NCBI GenBank assembly: GCA_000934665.2
Contig: KZ538400.1
Location: forward strand, 1 to 64,000
Length of the DNA stretch: 64,000 nt
From: Catajapyx aquilonaris
Taxonomy: Eukaryota
Direction: 5' to 3'
How positions within the stretch are numbered: the stretch's first letter is position 1; each line of letters opens with the position of its first letter. The translations under genes were made by a program, and so were the position numbers. Positions 50,166 to 63,374 of this stretch are shown one piece after another. The notes below the pieces were generated by a model. It saw only the letters and a program-made list of their open reading frames with translations. It was not told the origin of the DNA and did no database searches.

Positions 50166-51383
50166 CAGGGTGATCAACCTTTTTTGTCGTTTTAGTTATT
50201 GACAAATTCGGCCTTAGCTGCTTTTGTAGCTAGCAACCAGTTGTTGAAATCAGAAATCTGAAATAACAACAGTATATTGATATTAGGGATTAAACCACAC
50301 GAAACATATGAAGATCGATTTGAATGCTGGAATATGCACGAGATTGCCAGGGCAGGCCAGGGCACCAGATTGCCATGACCAATCCACTTGCTGGGGTACT
50401 TCCTATTTAGCCAGGCACGGACACAGTGGTTGTAGTGTGGGGGTGCCCCGTCTTGCTGGAACCACATCCCCCGTCGCATGGCATAAGGCACATCATCAAG
50501 AAGTGCTGGCAGCTTGCCTTTCAGGAACTGCAGGTACCTGTCGCCGGTCAGGGAGCCGTGGAAAAAGTAGGGCCCGAAGATGTGGTAGCCGACAATCCCG
50601 CACCAGGCGTTGACCCGCCAGTTGTCCTGAAAGTGGGTGTCACGCACCCAGTGGGGATTTTCTTGAGCCCAGTAATGCATATTGTGGCGGTTCACCACAC
50701 CAGATCGCGAAAACTGGACCTCGTCCGACCACAAGATGAGGTGTGGATCCGGACCTCTCCCCGACAGCAGCCAGGCGCAGTAGTCCACTCGCTGCTGGTA
50801 GTCCCCGCTCCTCAAGGCTTGTGTCAGGTGAATTTTGTAGGGGTGATACCGAGCACAATGCAGGATATTCCACACAGTACCATAGCTGCAGGTGAACTCT
50901 TGTGCAATTGTGCAGATTCCTACCTGAGGGTAGACTGCCACATATGCCTGGACTGCAACCTCCAGCATCTCATCCCTGACAGGACGTCGATGACGTTCGC
51001 CATGTCGCAACAGCACAAAGCTTCCATGCTCTCGCAGGTTGGCCATCAAATGCCAGATGAAGCGTTCTCCGGGGTGTTTCCAGTTAGGATACCTGTATGC
51101 GTCCAACCTTGCAGTACGTGCGGCGACCTCTCTGCAACTAGCATGGAGCACAACCATGTCCCACATCTCCGCATTCGCAAATGCTGGACATGTGGCTGCT
51201 CGAATGGTATTCGAATTTGTTCGAATCGATCTTCATTTGTTTTGTGTTGTATAATCCCTATGATCAACTGTTGTTATTTCCGATGCCTGATTTCAACAAC
51301 TGGTTGCTAGCCACGGCTACAATATAAGCAGCTAAGGCCGAATTTGTCGATAACTAAAACGACAAAAAAGTTTGATCACCCTG
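50166..51383 (-). mobile_element. Tc1/mariner DNA transposon with long (~170-nt) TIRs and a C-terminally deleted transposase (ORF 50192-51166)
   Basis: TA|CAGGGTGATCAA...TTGATCACCCTG|TA; HTH-type N-terminus, ILWSDE, NRHNMHYW..NPH, WFQQDGAPPH, WIG..WP followed by an abrupt run into the TIR. Confidence 0.93.
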
Positions 51384-51959
51384 TATATAAGTGCTTTTAC
51401 ATTTTGTGTGTTTCCTGGCTGCCTACAGGCTCTACAGTCCTTTAAGTGAGAGAATAACAATTCGTCACGTTCACCCCCCCTCGACCTACCTCCACTCTGG
51501 CTCTTCCCCCCTCTCAAGTCCCCGAATCATCACCACTTTACCAACTTATGACCTTTCAGATCCTCCCTTGCGCCGAAGATTAGCGCGTAGTAGTGACGTT
51601 TTTTTGGGACGTCATGTCATTCTCTTGCTTAAAGGACTGTATACCATGTCTCAAAAATAAGGTTTCCTTCTAGTCCCCGCTACATCTAGTGATACACTCT
51701 GCCAGCATGTTGAAAAACATCATATCTGCATGAAAGTGTAGTCAAGTTTCTAAACAATCCACCTAGAAACTCGACCTTACCTCTATGTGCAGATGCAATG
51801 TTTTTCAAAATGTCATACTGCTGTGCCTTTGTGTCACTACATGTGCAATTGTACTAGGTGCTCCTCATAAGTTTGTTTAGAATTTGGCTGCACAGGTCAT
51901 TTATACCTATTAATGAATATTCTTATGCCTATGGAAATTGATTATGGCTCATTGTGTTA

Positions 51960-52628
51960 CAGTGAAACCTGCCCATAACGGACCCTGGGTATAGCGGAAA
52001 CCTGTCCATTGCGGAATTTTTTCAGGGAACGGTCACATGCATAGGGCATGCAATGTATTTTTGACGGATATAACGGAATCTGCCCAACGCGGAAACGGAA
52101 GGGATTTTTGTCTCCCTTCAAGGAAAATCCCGGTTCACAACGGAAATCAAAAGGCTCACATTATCTCCTATGGGTCATAAAAAATAGAAACTACAGCTGA
52201 GTTCCCTATTGCCCCTCCCAGGAGGCCTCTGAGTAACCCTTTTTGGACCAGGAAAGGGGACTATTTTTGGTTGGGAAACTCGAAAAACGTCTTGTGGAAA
52301 CAGGTCAAGAATTTGTGACTCCTGTAATTCGTAGGTGCCTTTTAGTTCACGGTTCACAGTCCAGTTTTAAAATGTCGGGGAAGAGGGAGGGGGTTGACAC
52401 GGGTTTAACATATTGCCTGAGTCTGCGCTGGTGGTCCAATGGAGCAGGCAAAATTATAATTTTGCACCATATTGAGGTAAGGTGCTTATTTTTGCTCTCC
52501 CTATTTTCCTCTCTTTCTCGCAGGCAAAAAAAAATTAGTAACGTCCTTGATCTGGTTATAGCGGAAACCTGTCCATTGTGGAAAATTTTTGGGGTCCCAT
52601 GCGAGTCCGCTATACACAGGTTTCACTG
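51960..52628. mobile_element. pogo/Tigger-type MITE; unrelated ones of the same class at 59176-59794 and 62017-62597
   Basis: TA|CAGTGAAACCTG..CAGGTTTCACTG|TA; TA|CAGTGG..CCACTG|TA; TA|CCGTATTACCTCTCATAT..ATATGAGAGGTAATACGG|TA. Confidence 0.82.
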
Positions 52629-53395
52629 TATTGAGTCTGGAGAAGGTGGAGTGGTGCTGCAATAACGTATGTGCCCATGGATGGAAGGGTCCCGGGATTG
52701 ATCTCAAGCCTGGATCTTCCCCTTTTTCATTCCTTACAAATTTAGGTCATCTTTGTGTTTGTGTCTGGTGGTATTTCCATTAGAATGACCATCCAGGGGC
52801 CAAAGCAGAAACAATAGAGACTGACGTTGCATTTGCATTGTCTCTCCCACTCACTCTACCTTGCCTGCAGACCTGGGCAGTGTGCCAAAAAGTTCCCTGC
52901 TGTATCACAGACCTATAAGAACAATAAAGCAATACCTCCCAGGAGGTCAGCAAGCTACCATATAATAATAATAATAATAATAATTATTATTATCTTTGAG
53001 TCTGTAATCTTATGTGTTGCTATTGTGGTAAGGGTTCCAACTCCATGCAAATTGGAAGAAGGCATATATTTGTGTCAAGAATAAACCAATAGCAAAGAGT
53101 GTGAAGGTTGAATTTCTTAGGGCCACTAAGCACCAACTTAATTGTTGCATGGAGAGAGATTTTGCCATTGCCACAAGTGAAACTTCATGACCTGCTTATT
53201 CCATTAATCTTAATGTTCAATTCATTGCTCAAATTCATGCCCAAATTTTCCACACAAATTAAAGCATTTTTACATGAGGGTGCATGAGCAGGACCTGTTT
53301 CACTGCTTCTTTTTGAAAGCACACCAATGCAGTTGAATTCCTATGTTTTAACAGGTGCAACTATTGGGTAGACCAAGAAGAGTACAACAGTCATC

Positions 53396-53423
53396 ATGTA
53401 TTCCAGACCTGTGAACCTCAGTG
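53396..53423 (+). CDS. CMTR1: CMTR1 probable first coding exon (exon 53355-53423; MYSRPVNLS-G)
   Basis: ttttaacag acceptor at 53354, ATC-ATG context, donor G|gtgagt; phase 1 matches the exon at 60865. Confidence 0.6.
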
Positions 53424-53534
53424 GTGAGTGATCTTCCTAGTGCTATATTGCTAACATTTTGTAGGAAATATGAACAGACTTGTCTCTTAACACTTGAGCC
53501 ATCACATACCTACATTAAAAAAGAGTAATGGATC

Positions 53535-55333
53535 TAACAAGGGAACGGTCAAGGTCGACCCCCTCCGATTTGGTTGAATCTTGCGATAGACACAGTAGTG
53601 CAAGTTTCAGCTGACACTGTCCAGCCGTTTCCGAGGGGTGTGGGTCACCGACACCCACCCGGCCGACAGGCCAGTTCACCGACAGACATTTCACCGACAT
53701 ACCCATTCCACCGACAGGCCATTTCACCGACAAGGAGGTTCCCCGACAGGTCGTTTCACCGACAGTCATTTGATCGACAAATTTACCCACACAATTCCGA
53801 TATGAAAACCATCCAGTCACTGGAGAGAAGGGGTCCAGATCACACCTCATTTTCGCAGCTTCCCTTATGGAAGGAACCACGACAGATGTCTCCCATTTCT
53901 ATAAAAGATAAACGGAATATACATTTCCAATTACATTGCATGAATGAAATACCTGTAGTCAGACACCCGGACAACAACTGCTTACCGGGGAAGCTGCAGG
54001 TGACTGATTCGTTAAAAGATATTCTCGTGGGAAACGTGAAAATGAGGTGTGATCTGGACCCCGTCTCTCCAGTGACTGGATGGTTTTCATATAGGAATTG
54101 TGTGGGTAAATTGTCGATCAAATGACTGTCGGTGAAACCTCCTTGTCGGTGAAATGGCTTGTCGGTGGAATGGGTGTGTCGGTGAAATGGCTTGCCGGTG
54201 AAATGGCTTGTCGGTGAAATGGGTATGTCGGTGAAATGTCTGTCGGTGAAATGTCTGTCGGTGAAATGGCCTGTCGGCCAGGTGGGTGTCGGTGAAATGA
54301 CCCGCTCCGGTTTCCAGATATGAGCGACAGAAACATCCGAATTTTCGCCCCGCTCATAGAGGTCGGGCGAGAAGGACGAGTGCAAGGAAGAGCTGATGGT
54401 AGTCAAGTGGATAGAGCATTGGACTTGTGATTTTGCCGGGAGTCGCTCTGCCAGCTCCAAATCCCTTTTACCTTGATTCCCCTCGCCTGTCCCCTTTACC
54501 CCCTTTTTACGATCCCATACGGCATACACTATCCCCCACTTCCCCACCAACATTTTCGTTTTCCATTGTTTCTTTGCTCCGGTATTTATTATGAGACCAT
54601 CAAGCGGCTTTCTTTCACTTCTGTCAACTGCGAATAAAGAGCTTCTGCACCTAAAATTGCGTAATGGGAACCTCTTCAGCCTTATCAAAATATGTATGAC
54701 ATTTTATAATCTCTCCTGCCCTATCCGATTAAGAATCTGTCGATATTGTAGCAAAGCTCACATTATTTTGTAAATGTTACGTGTTGACAATTTTGTGTTC
54801 TTGTTGGGGGTTCGCAGCAAAGTTATCTACAACAAACACTGATAGCGGCATAATTATAGTGTCCAGCTTTCGCTCACTTGTTTAAACTTCCACTCACGGG
54901 TGGTATAAGCTGTGATAGGATGGATGAGTCATCTCTAGAGGATGGTCACAGAAGTGCGCATGTGTTAATTCGTAAATTGCCAGGTGGCAGAGCCGGGCCC
55001 CAATATGTACCGAAAAACTGTAGTAGGCCGCCAGATTTTGGCCTAGGTTGAGATGAAATAGCCAGTGCTTCGGGAGCATATTGGTGTGTCAATTATTAGC
55101 ATCACCTATAGCCTGCTGTGGTGCATTCGCTTTGGTTATCCTTATCCAATCCATCCTTCTCGCCCGACCTCTATATGCGCGGGGTCAAAATTCGGATGTT
55201 TCTGTCGCTCATATCTTGGAAATGGCTGGAAAGTGTCGGCTAAAACTTTCACCACTCTGTCTATCGCACACGAATGACCCCTCACGTGAGTTTTAACCAA
55301 ATCGGAGGGGGCCGATCTTGACCGTTCCCTTGT
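53535..55333. mobile_element. TIR element with a nested modular-TIR (foldback-type) element at ~53635-54308
   Basis: Outer ACAAGGGAACGGTCAAG / CTTGACCGTTCCCTTGT; inner arms built from ~15-16-nt CATTTCACCGACA repeats in opposite orientation. Confidence 0.8.
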
Positions 55334-55849
55334 AAAAAGAACTGTCCACAGCAATATTATAATAATTACAGGGATGATACTGGTAACTCAGCAATTACAA
55401 GGCTACAGGCTTCTGAAGTTCAGCAGATCACCCGTTGAAGACTGCTTCTTTAGTATTTTTGTCCTGGTGTGAAAAAGAATGGGAACCAATGGGGACACAA
55501 AAATGTAAATCTAGGCTCCACAACATGTACTATCGGGTTCAAATACTTTTGGTCACTTTATCCTGGTCTTTAAAGAACCCATTACACACACTCACCTCCT
55601 TAACATGGGGTCTGTTCGAAGGGTTGCTTCAAGACCAGGATAATGTGGCCAAAAGTATTTGAACCCGATAGTACTTTGTATATGTGCTGACAGTATAAAA
55701 GAGTTTCTGACCACACAGTGTAGCCACTACTACTGCTGCTACATACATGCCAGAATTAGATGCAGCCATGCTTTTTTTTTCTCTCCCATGTTTGACTTTA
55801 GTTGGAGGTAGGAACTCCGTAGTAATATTTCCCCCACAATACTGGTAGT

Positions 55850-56703
55850 ACAAGGGGCATTCATAAAGTTCGTACCTTCACCTTGAAGGAAAACTGTTCA
55901 AATTGCACACATGCATTAGTCCTTCTCTCTATTTGAATCCTGGAGAGCCACACATTTGTACCAGTGATGCATGACCTATAGGAGACAATTATTGTCGATG
56001 TAGACACGTTGTGATTGAAAAATGTTTTCAACCAGGGGAGGCGTGGTGGCCAAGCTGGTAACGACTCGGCTTGCCGAGGAGAAGGTCCCAGGTTCGATCC
56101 CCACCCAGGAGTTCCCTTTTGCCTGCGTCAGGAGGGTCTTGGACCCGGGGCCTTGGAGGCTTTTGGCAGCCTAACCTCCAGGGAGACTGCACATGACCCA
56201 GTATTCCGCCATTGCCCTAGTACCCGTGTCTCCTCCCTTAAAAATCTCTATCCTCACCCCATGTCCTCTCTTCACTGCGCAGAGTTTGAAGAGAAAATCA
56301 CTAGAAAATTGGAAAATATGGTGGTGTTCCACCCCCCTAAAAGGACACAGTTCCCTCTAATGGGGTATAAGAAGAAGAAGAACAAGAAGAAATGTTTTCA
56401 ACCTCTGTTGTCCATGCTGGGGTGTGCTTGTGTTTCTCCCATGACTCCAAAGACCTGTCCGGCTTGGGAGACCCTGCCAGTAGACGAAGCTACCACTGGA
56501 ATAGCTCTTCTGGGTCATGGGAGAAGCACAAGCCTCACAACGTTGACTTCTACAATGATGGTGTCCTACAGGTTGTGCATTGCTGGTACAAATGTGTGGT
56601 TCTGCAGGGTTCAAATAGAGAGAAGGACTAATACATGTGTGCAATTTGAACTGTTCATCTCTTTTCCTTCAAGGCGATGATACGATCTTTATGAACACCC
56701 CTT
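55850..56703. mobile_element. mariner-type MITE with nested SINE
   Basis: TA|CAAGGGGCATTCATAAAG...CTTTATGAACACCCCTTG|TA. Confidence 0.75.
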
Positions 56704-56713
56704 GTATATTATA

Positions 56714-58735
56714 TCCTCCTGAGACCCGAGAAAAAGTTTGTAACACAATGAGTGCGTTTACATCGGACTAAAAATCGACCTGGGCCAGGCCCCCTAAGCA
56801 AGGTCTGTCTACGCAAAGCCTGCTCCCACTTTTGCCACTGCTACTAGGGACTACTCTCTTGCTGGAAAGGTAGCCCACTAGGAAGCAAGACTTCCCTCCC
56901 GGGCTGTCCCCTCACCCAATCAGCGCCATTGCCTTATGTAGACCACCTGACCCAAAAGGCTTGGGCTGAGCCCGATACTGGCTCTGACCGGTTCAGCTAA
57001 AGCCAGTCTAACATAGTCCCAGCGGCTACATGGGAGTAGACTGGTTCTCCTAGCATAGGTGGCCGTAGCTAGGCCGATTTTAAGTCCCATGTAAATGCAC
57101 TCAATGTCAGTTCTTGTTGCATTTTCTTAACATATTGTCAATAAGAAACGAGTTGGGGAAGTGTGGTGGCCGAGATGGTAAAGTCTCGGCTTGCTGAGTA
57201 ATAGGTCCCAGGTTCGTTCGCTGCCTCAGAGCTCTCTTTCACCTGCGTCAGGAGGGTCTGTGACCCGCGCCTTGGAAGTGTGTGGCAACCTAACCTCCTG
57301 GGGAACAGCACATGACCATTTAACGACATTGCACTTGCACCCACATTCCTTCCCCCAAAATCCCTAACCTTACCCAATGTCCTTGATTTCCCTGGATTGG
57401 AGTTTGAAGTAAAAACAGAAAATTATCTGAGAAAAATGGTGGTTTCCCACCCCCCTAAGAGAGCCACTATCCTAAGAGAGGCTCTATCACGGGGTAAATA
57501 TGTTTTAAAAAAAGAGAGAGAGAAAAATTAGAGTTCTAAAATATTGACCAAAATAATGACAATAATAATAATTAATGAAATAATGACTCAATTGCTGCCA
57601 CAAAGGCAGAACGGATGAATGCTGAAAAGTTAAATGTCACTTAATGGATCACTCGCATAGTGCTTTATCCTCCAGACAATGTTTTTTACATTCATTTGTG
57701 GAATTCGTGGTGGCAATTCCTTTCAAATGACAATAAAGATAAATATATGATAAAATATAAAATAATATAAAGATAAATAATAAAAAATAATATATAAAAT
57801 AATATAAAGATAAATAATAAAAAATAATATATAAAATAATATAAAGATAAATAATAAAAAATAATATAAAAAATAATATAAAGATAAATAATAAAAAATA
57901 ATATATAAAATAAAATAAAAATAAAATATAAAATATATAAAATAAAAATAAAATAAATAATATATAAAATATATAAAATAAAAATAAAATAAAAGATATA
58001 TAATAATAATAAAGATAAAAATAAGATAATAATGGATACCCCGTGATAGGCCCCTTGGGCCTCTTAGGGGATCATCTTTTGAAAACCCGACTTTAATCAT
58101 TTGCCTGAAATGTGATGGATTTTGATAGTGGGAGGAAACGGGAGAACCCCGAGAAAACCCACGCGAACATGGAGAGAACCCATCGAAACTCTATCCACAT
58201 AAGTATCATTCGTCCGACCCGGGGATCGAACTCGGGACCTTAGAGGTGGAAGGCTGGGGCGCTAACCACTCGGCCACCGTGTCGTCCCAGATAAAAATAA
58301 GATAAAATCTTCAATTATTTTTGAAGGCCAAAACTTAAGGCATGGGGTTATCCCGTCTCATCTTCCCTCCTAGCATGGTGCCTCACTATTCTAGATTTTA
58401 AAACTGAACTGTAGTGCAAAGCACACTTCTGTGTGGGTGTATAGGTACAGGCAGGTACAGAAAGGTACAGAGTATTCATATGATCATTATCATTGGTGAC
58501 CAATTGTTTTAAGTGTTATTGATGGTCATTTACTTCATCTAGTAAGTAGAGTAGTTGAAGTGACGGAAGGGGGATGAATACTAATACTGCTGCTGGAAAC
58601 ACTGTTCAAATTATTTCAATTGATTGTCTCTCAAGCAAGTAGCGGTTTGTGAAAGTGTTGGAAAGCAATGATATATTCGGCGAAAAAAAAATCAATTCAA
58701 ATGTCGACATATGATGACACCGGGTCTCAGGAGGA
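56714..58735. mobile_element. piggyBac-like non-autonomous element hosting a 3-bp-TSD MITE (56750-57102), two SINEs and an AT minisatellite
   Basis: TATA|TCCTCCTGAGACCCG...CGGGTCTCAGGAGGA|TATA. Confidence 0.7.
57735..58030. repeat. AT-rich minisatellite, ~37-nt unit TAAAATAATATAAAGATAAATAATAAAAAATAATATA
   Basis: About four near-identical units followed by a degenerate tract. Confidence 0.85.
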
Positions 58736-60864
58736 TATAGTACAGTACACTCACGGCACTACTGGTGCAATAGGCTGTTCGAGGTTGCTGCATAAAATAC
58801 TCGTGGTATCAAAATAAGCCAGAAAATAAGCCAGCCCAGTGAAAACACTGTTACCACTGACTTTACCTGCTACTCCTGTCACTGGCAATTTCACATACAG
58901 TAAAACTTCCATAAGTCGAACTTCCCTAAGCCGAAGAAAATGATGAGCATGGTTGGTCACAATGTAAAATAATAGAATAATTGTGCCTAGTTTCATTCAG
59001 CAACTCCATTGACAACACTCACAGTTCTCTTGTGAGTTACGTACAGATCTGACTTAGACATTATCAGGAACATATCCCCATTCGTAGGCTGGGGACTTAC
59101 TGCAATCATTACAATATTGAAATCTCTCTTTCACCAGATATGCCTGTATTTGAAAAATAAATTCAGGATATTATACAGTGGAACCACGTACTTCGAAAGC
59201 CTCTAACTTTGAATGTTCCAGAGTTCAAACGCTAAAGAGAAAAATTTGATCAGGAGTTTGAACAATGCTTTATAGTTCGAATTGAGCGCGCAGTGAAAAA
59301 ATGCTCTTGCTGGCCCAAGTCATCGCTAGGTTTCGCTGTGAAAGCATCTCTTGAGTTATGCTTGCATGTTTTCAGTGCCTTTTTCATTTTGTTTTTGGTG
59401 TGTTTGGTTATGTAGTATAATGGAAAGTGACTCCCCTCCCCTTCTAAACACTAACCTTTCTCTTCCTCTCCCCCTTCCACTCCACCAGCCACATGGGACA
59501 TCATCACTCCTCACTTGTACAGCAATTGCAATTTTCATTTTATTACACAGTATTTACGTATTTTATATATTGTTTTCATGTTTTAATTTATTATTTATGG
59601 CATTTAGGTGTTATGCTTACATTAAATTGTGTGCATTTTCTGTTAAGTTGATCGAAATGGGTATTGTTTGGTCTGGGAACGGATGAATTCACTTTCCATT
59701 ATTTATTATGGGGGAAATTGATTCGGACTTCGGACAATTCAGAGTTCGACCGACTTCCTGGAATGAATTAAGTTCGAAGAACGAGGCACCACTGTATATT
59801 AATTTTGAAGAGATTCCCAAGTTGTTAATAGTTCATTACAAAAATTGTGTGGTGTGCAGGGATCCAGAAACTGTCGTAGACAGTGAAACACTTCCACAAC
59901 AACAAAATGAGGTGTAAGCGTGCTGCAGCAGAGGATAAATCTGAAGTAAAGCTCAGAAGGGTATTAAAAAGTTAAAAAAGAGTTGGTTTGTTTTAGAGAC
60001 ATAATGGTATTGGAGAAAGGTAAATACATCAAGTGCAGGAGGACAAGGGAGGTAGGGGGTCATCTGTCCAATATTGGAGGTTTTCTTTTGCGCCCATAGA
60101 ATTTGTTATAAGTTATAATAATAAAGGGTGTTTATTAATCGAAACAGAAAAAAAGGAAAGATGGGAGAAATGTCGAGAGACCAACCTTTAACGAGGTAGA
60201 TGACCAGAAATATCGGCCAGTGGTTGCCTAAGGAGCACGATATGAGCATGAAAATCGTAGCTTTTGGGATTTGTAAGATCACCTCTTTCACAGAAGTATG
60301 CTCATATCCTGCTCCTTAGGCAACCACTGGCCAATGTTTCTGGTCATCTACCATGTTAACGGTTGGTCCCTTGACATTTCTCCCCACTACATTTTTGACT
60401 GTTTTGCCCCAAGGAATACGCTCACGGCCGTTGGCCATACTTGTAAGAAACACCGTGTATATGAAGACATTGTTACCGATTTGGGAACATAACACATCCT
60501 CCACATTTTGCTAGCAAAGTTTTGACTTCAATTTCAATAATTCTGCAATAATGAGCCATCTTTTTTATTAGTTCAGTGTTTCTTTTGTAGAATGTTACTA
60601 ATCAGCATTGTATGGTTGTCGTACATTAGGAAAATACCCATTTGCGAAGGGGGTAGGGAAGAGAAGGCAAATAGGAGTCCTGTGGTTGTCTTCCTGTCAA
60701 TTATGTTACTTTTTACTACAAAGATTGACCCTCACTCAGTGACCTTTTGCATAGCATGAGACATGAATACAAGAACCTCAAAATTCAATTTTTTTCTGAA
60801 ATGCAATACAACATTTGCACAAGAAGGTTGACCATTTTAATAGCAGGGTTTTTCTTAATTCCAG

Positions 60865-61115
60865 ACTCGGAATCCAGTGACTCTGATGACGCCATGTGTC
60901 GGCAAAATCTAAGCATGTCATTTGGGGGCCAGACCTCATCTAGTCCACCTCCTGCCAAAAAGCCTAGATTGAGTGGAGCCACAGTGAACCCTCATGTTGC
61001 TTCAACTCTACAAGATGAAGAAGGATCTTCAAAACCAGTTGTGCTAAAGAAGTTTTTTGGGAATACTGAAGAGTCTCCTAACATGCAGTACAGTGCTATA
61101 GCCCAAAAGCTGATG
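60865..61115 (+). CDS. CMTR1: CMTR1 exon (acidic/NLS region and start of G-patch)
   Basis: ttccag|(D)SESSDSDD..PPAKKPRL..YSAIAQKLM|gtaagg. Confidence 0.85.
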
Positions 61116-61356
61116 GTAAGGTGCACACAAAGTGTGAGCAGGGGGCAACAAATGCTTTTTTATGTTTTTAAATGCTAAAATAATGGGACAGTATGACTGA
61201 AAGAGAGAAGCATTCCTGGAGGAGGATATGAGGGCTGTCCAAAAAGTATCCGACCTTAATTTTTTTCGCGGAAACAAATGAAACACGGGAGGCTTTGAAC
61301 TTTTTCTCTCTCGTTTACTCACTTACTTCAAATATGTGACCACTGAATTTTTACAG

Positions 61357-61512
61357 ATGAAAATGGGCCACAAAGAAGGAAAAGGCCTGGGCAGAAACAG
61401 CCAGGGAATAGTAGATCCTGTGGCTTTTTCGAAGCAGAAAGGACGCAGAGGATTGGGACTCCAGATACTAGGCCTAGAAGCTGGCACTGTGAAGTGGGAC
61501 TTTACACAAGAG
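61357..61512 (+). CDS. CMTR1: CMTR1 exon (G-patch domain)
   Basis: MKMGHKEGKGLGRNSQGIVDPV..QKGRRGLG..WDFTQE|gtaac. Confidence 0.93.
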
Positions 61513-61578
61513 GTAACAGGGTTACTACTGTCTGCCACAATACAGAAATAATACAATGAATACTGACCTTAAATCCAG

Positions 61579-61746
61579 GTAGTGGAAGTGCAAGAGAAGA
61601 TTCGCTGGATGCCAGAGCATGCAAACGGTAGATTGGATTCTGAGACCCTTCATTCTTGGATTGTTGTGGGTCCCAAGAAGCTGGACATAGATGATGAGAC
61701 CACCTTTTGTGATCCAGATATGTTGCAGGACGTTCTTAGCTGCAAG
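61579..61746 (+). CDS. CMTR1: CMTR1 exon
   Basis: VVEVQEKIRW..GPKKLDIDDETTFCDPDMLQDVLSCK|gtaggc. Confidence 0.93.
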
Positions 61747-62990
61747 GTAGGCATTTTTATTTTCAAAACATATGCTGCATCAGCCTGCAAGTGCTCAGGG
61801 AAGTAAGTTAGTGATAAAATTATTGGTTATCTAGAATGAATGAAAGGGGTTTCAATTAAATGTGGAAAACATTGGAATGGGTTCTCTCTGTGTTTGGGGT
61901 TCTGCTGTTTCTTCCCACAATAAAAATTCATCATAGTGCAGTCAGTGAATGTAGTTGTATTGAAAATGATATTCCCCTAAAAGGCCACAGTAGGCCACCA
62001 CAGGAGTAACCAATTACCGTATTACCTCTCATATCGCGGCATGCGGTGTAGGCGAGGTCGACCAGTTAAAAAAATGCTTGATCTGGTGGCTATACCGGCA
62101 TGCCGGTCTAAGCGAGGTATGCCAGTATAAGGCAAGGTTTTCACATAAGTTAAATTATAATTTCTGAACTTGACATTTGCCTGAAAATCGAAATTCACGT
62201 ATAAAGGCTATATCAAAAAGGCACATTTTCCAAATAGGGTACCCGTACCATATATTGTTTTCAATCGCAGTGTTGGGCAATAATCTCTATTTAAACAGTA
62301 TGTTAGAGCAGGGGGTTCCCTTGTCAAAACAGGCTGACGATGGGATTAGTCACAGACTACATTTTTTATATGCACTGTGCAACAGAACTTACATATTCTC
62401 ACAGCCTGTACACTCGCCCATTTTCATTGTAACATTATTTTAGTATGGTACCAGAAGAATTCCAAAATATTTGGCAATGATCAAAATTATGGAAATCCAC
62501 CTGGGTTATTGCAGCATGCCGGCCACCCCTGGGTTATACCCGCATGCTGGTCGACCTCGTTTTATACCGGCGTGCCGCAATATGAGAGGTAATACGGTAT
62601 AAGAAGGGGGTATGAAGAAGTTGCAGTGTTTTCCCAAGCAAAGTCTGGCTTAAAGAGGGAGAACTCATCATTGGAAACAACAATAATATTATAGCCTCAT
62701 TCACTTGTGATTGTTGCATCCCTGTAAATAGCTTGCTGGAGTAAACAATCCATAACTTCACCTCTTGGATTGGGGACTTTGGGCAGTGCACCTCCCTGTA
62801 TAACTGTTGAGAGGACTGAAAGTGGAAGTGTCATTGAATCCCTTGTAAATTTGCTAATTTTGATTGTTATCATTATCATCTTGTGCAAATTTTCTAGTGC
62901 ATTTGGATAGTGTATTGAAACCCTTTCTTATTATTAATTAGTGTTCTGACATGATGACAATGACAAAAACAACAAAAATGTTTATTGCAG

Positions 62991-63158
62991 ACTATCTTCG
63001 ATAGACTGGGGGAAGATGAGCTGTACAAAGCGAGGACTCGGTGCAATCCTTTTGAAACTATTCGAGGCGGTTTTTTCCAGAACAGAGCAGCTATGAAGAT
63101 GGCCAACATGGATGCTGTCTTCGATTTTATGTTTACTGATCCTAGGGACTCACATGAT
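62991..63158 (+). CDS. CMTR1: CMTR1 exon (first catalytic Lys)
   Basis: [38 protein letters not shown]|gtgagt. Confidence 0.96.
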
Positions 63159-63374
63159 GTGAGTGAAGCCTATGTTTATTTTGTCATTTCAACTGTTGTT
63201 GAGTGTTTAATTTCTCCTGATGGAATTGTTTTGTGATATGCAAATATTTTGATGGTAGAATGTTTTAATCAGCAAATGAAATTAGTACATTGGAATGTAT
63301 ACAATTTTCTTATGCACAGGTTAGAAATGTACCTTGGTGTAGCATGACTTATGTTGTGATGTTAATCATTTCAG

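Noticed and set aside
50426..51310. 294-aa plus-strand ORF
   Set aside because: Antisense shadow of the transposase; the same applies to plus-strand ORFs over lilli and the Gypsy element.
53650..54300. Regularly spaced CACCGACA repeats resembling a CRISPR array or repeat protein (ORFs 53574+, 53840-)
   Set aside because: 15-16-nt tandem units without unique spacers, mirrored as inverted arms; eukaryotic context, no cas genes. These are modular TIRs.
57723..58100. 125-aa hydrophobic ORF; also poly-N/poly-L ORFs at 17570-17895 and 37580-37783
   Set aside because: Translations of AT-rich micro- and minisatellites.
14738..58288. Many tRNA-like sequences with A/B boxes
   Set aside because: Each continues into a shared body and tail and lacks a clean cloverleaf; they are SINE heads, not tRNA genes.
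59860..59911. Possible extra CMTR1 exon (DPETVVDSETLPQQQNE)
   Set aside because: Its phase is incompatible with the 53423>60865 junction; the phase-1 reading hits a stop.
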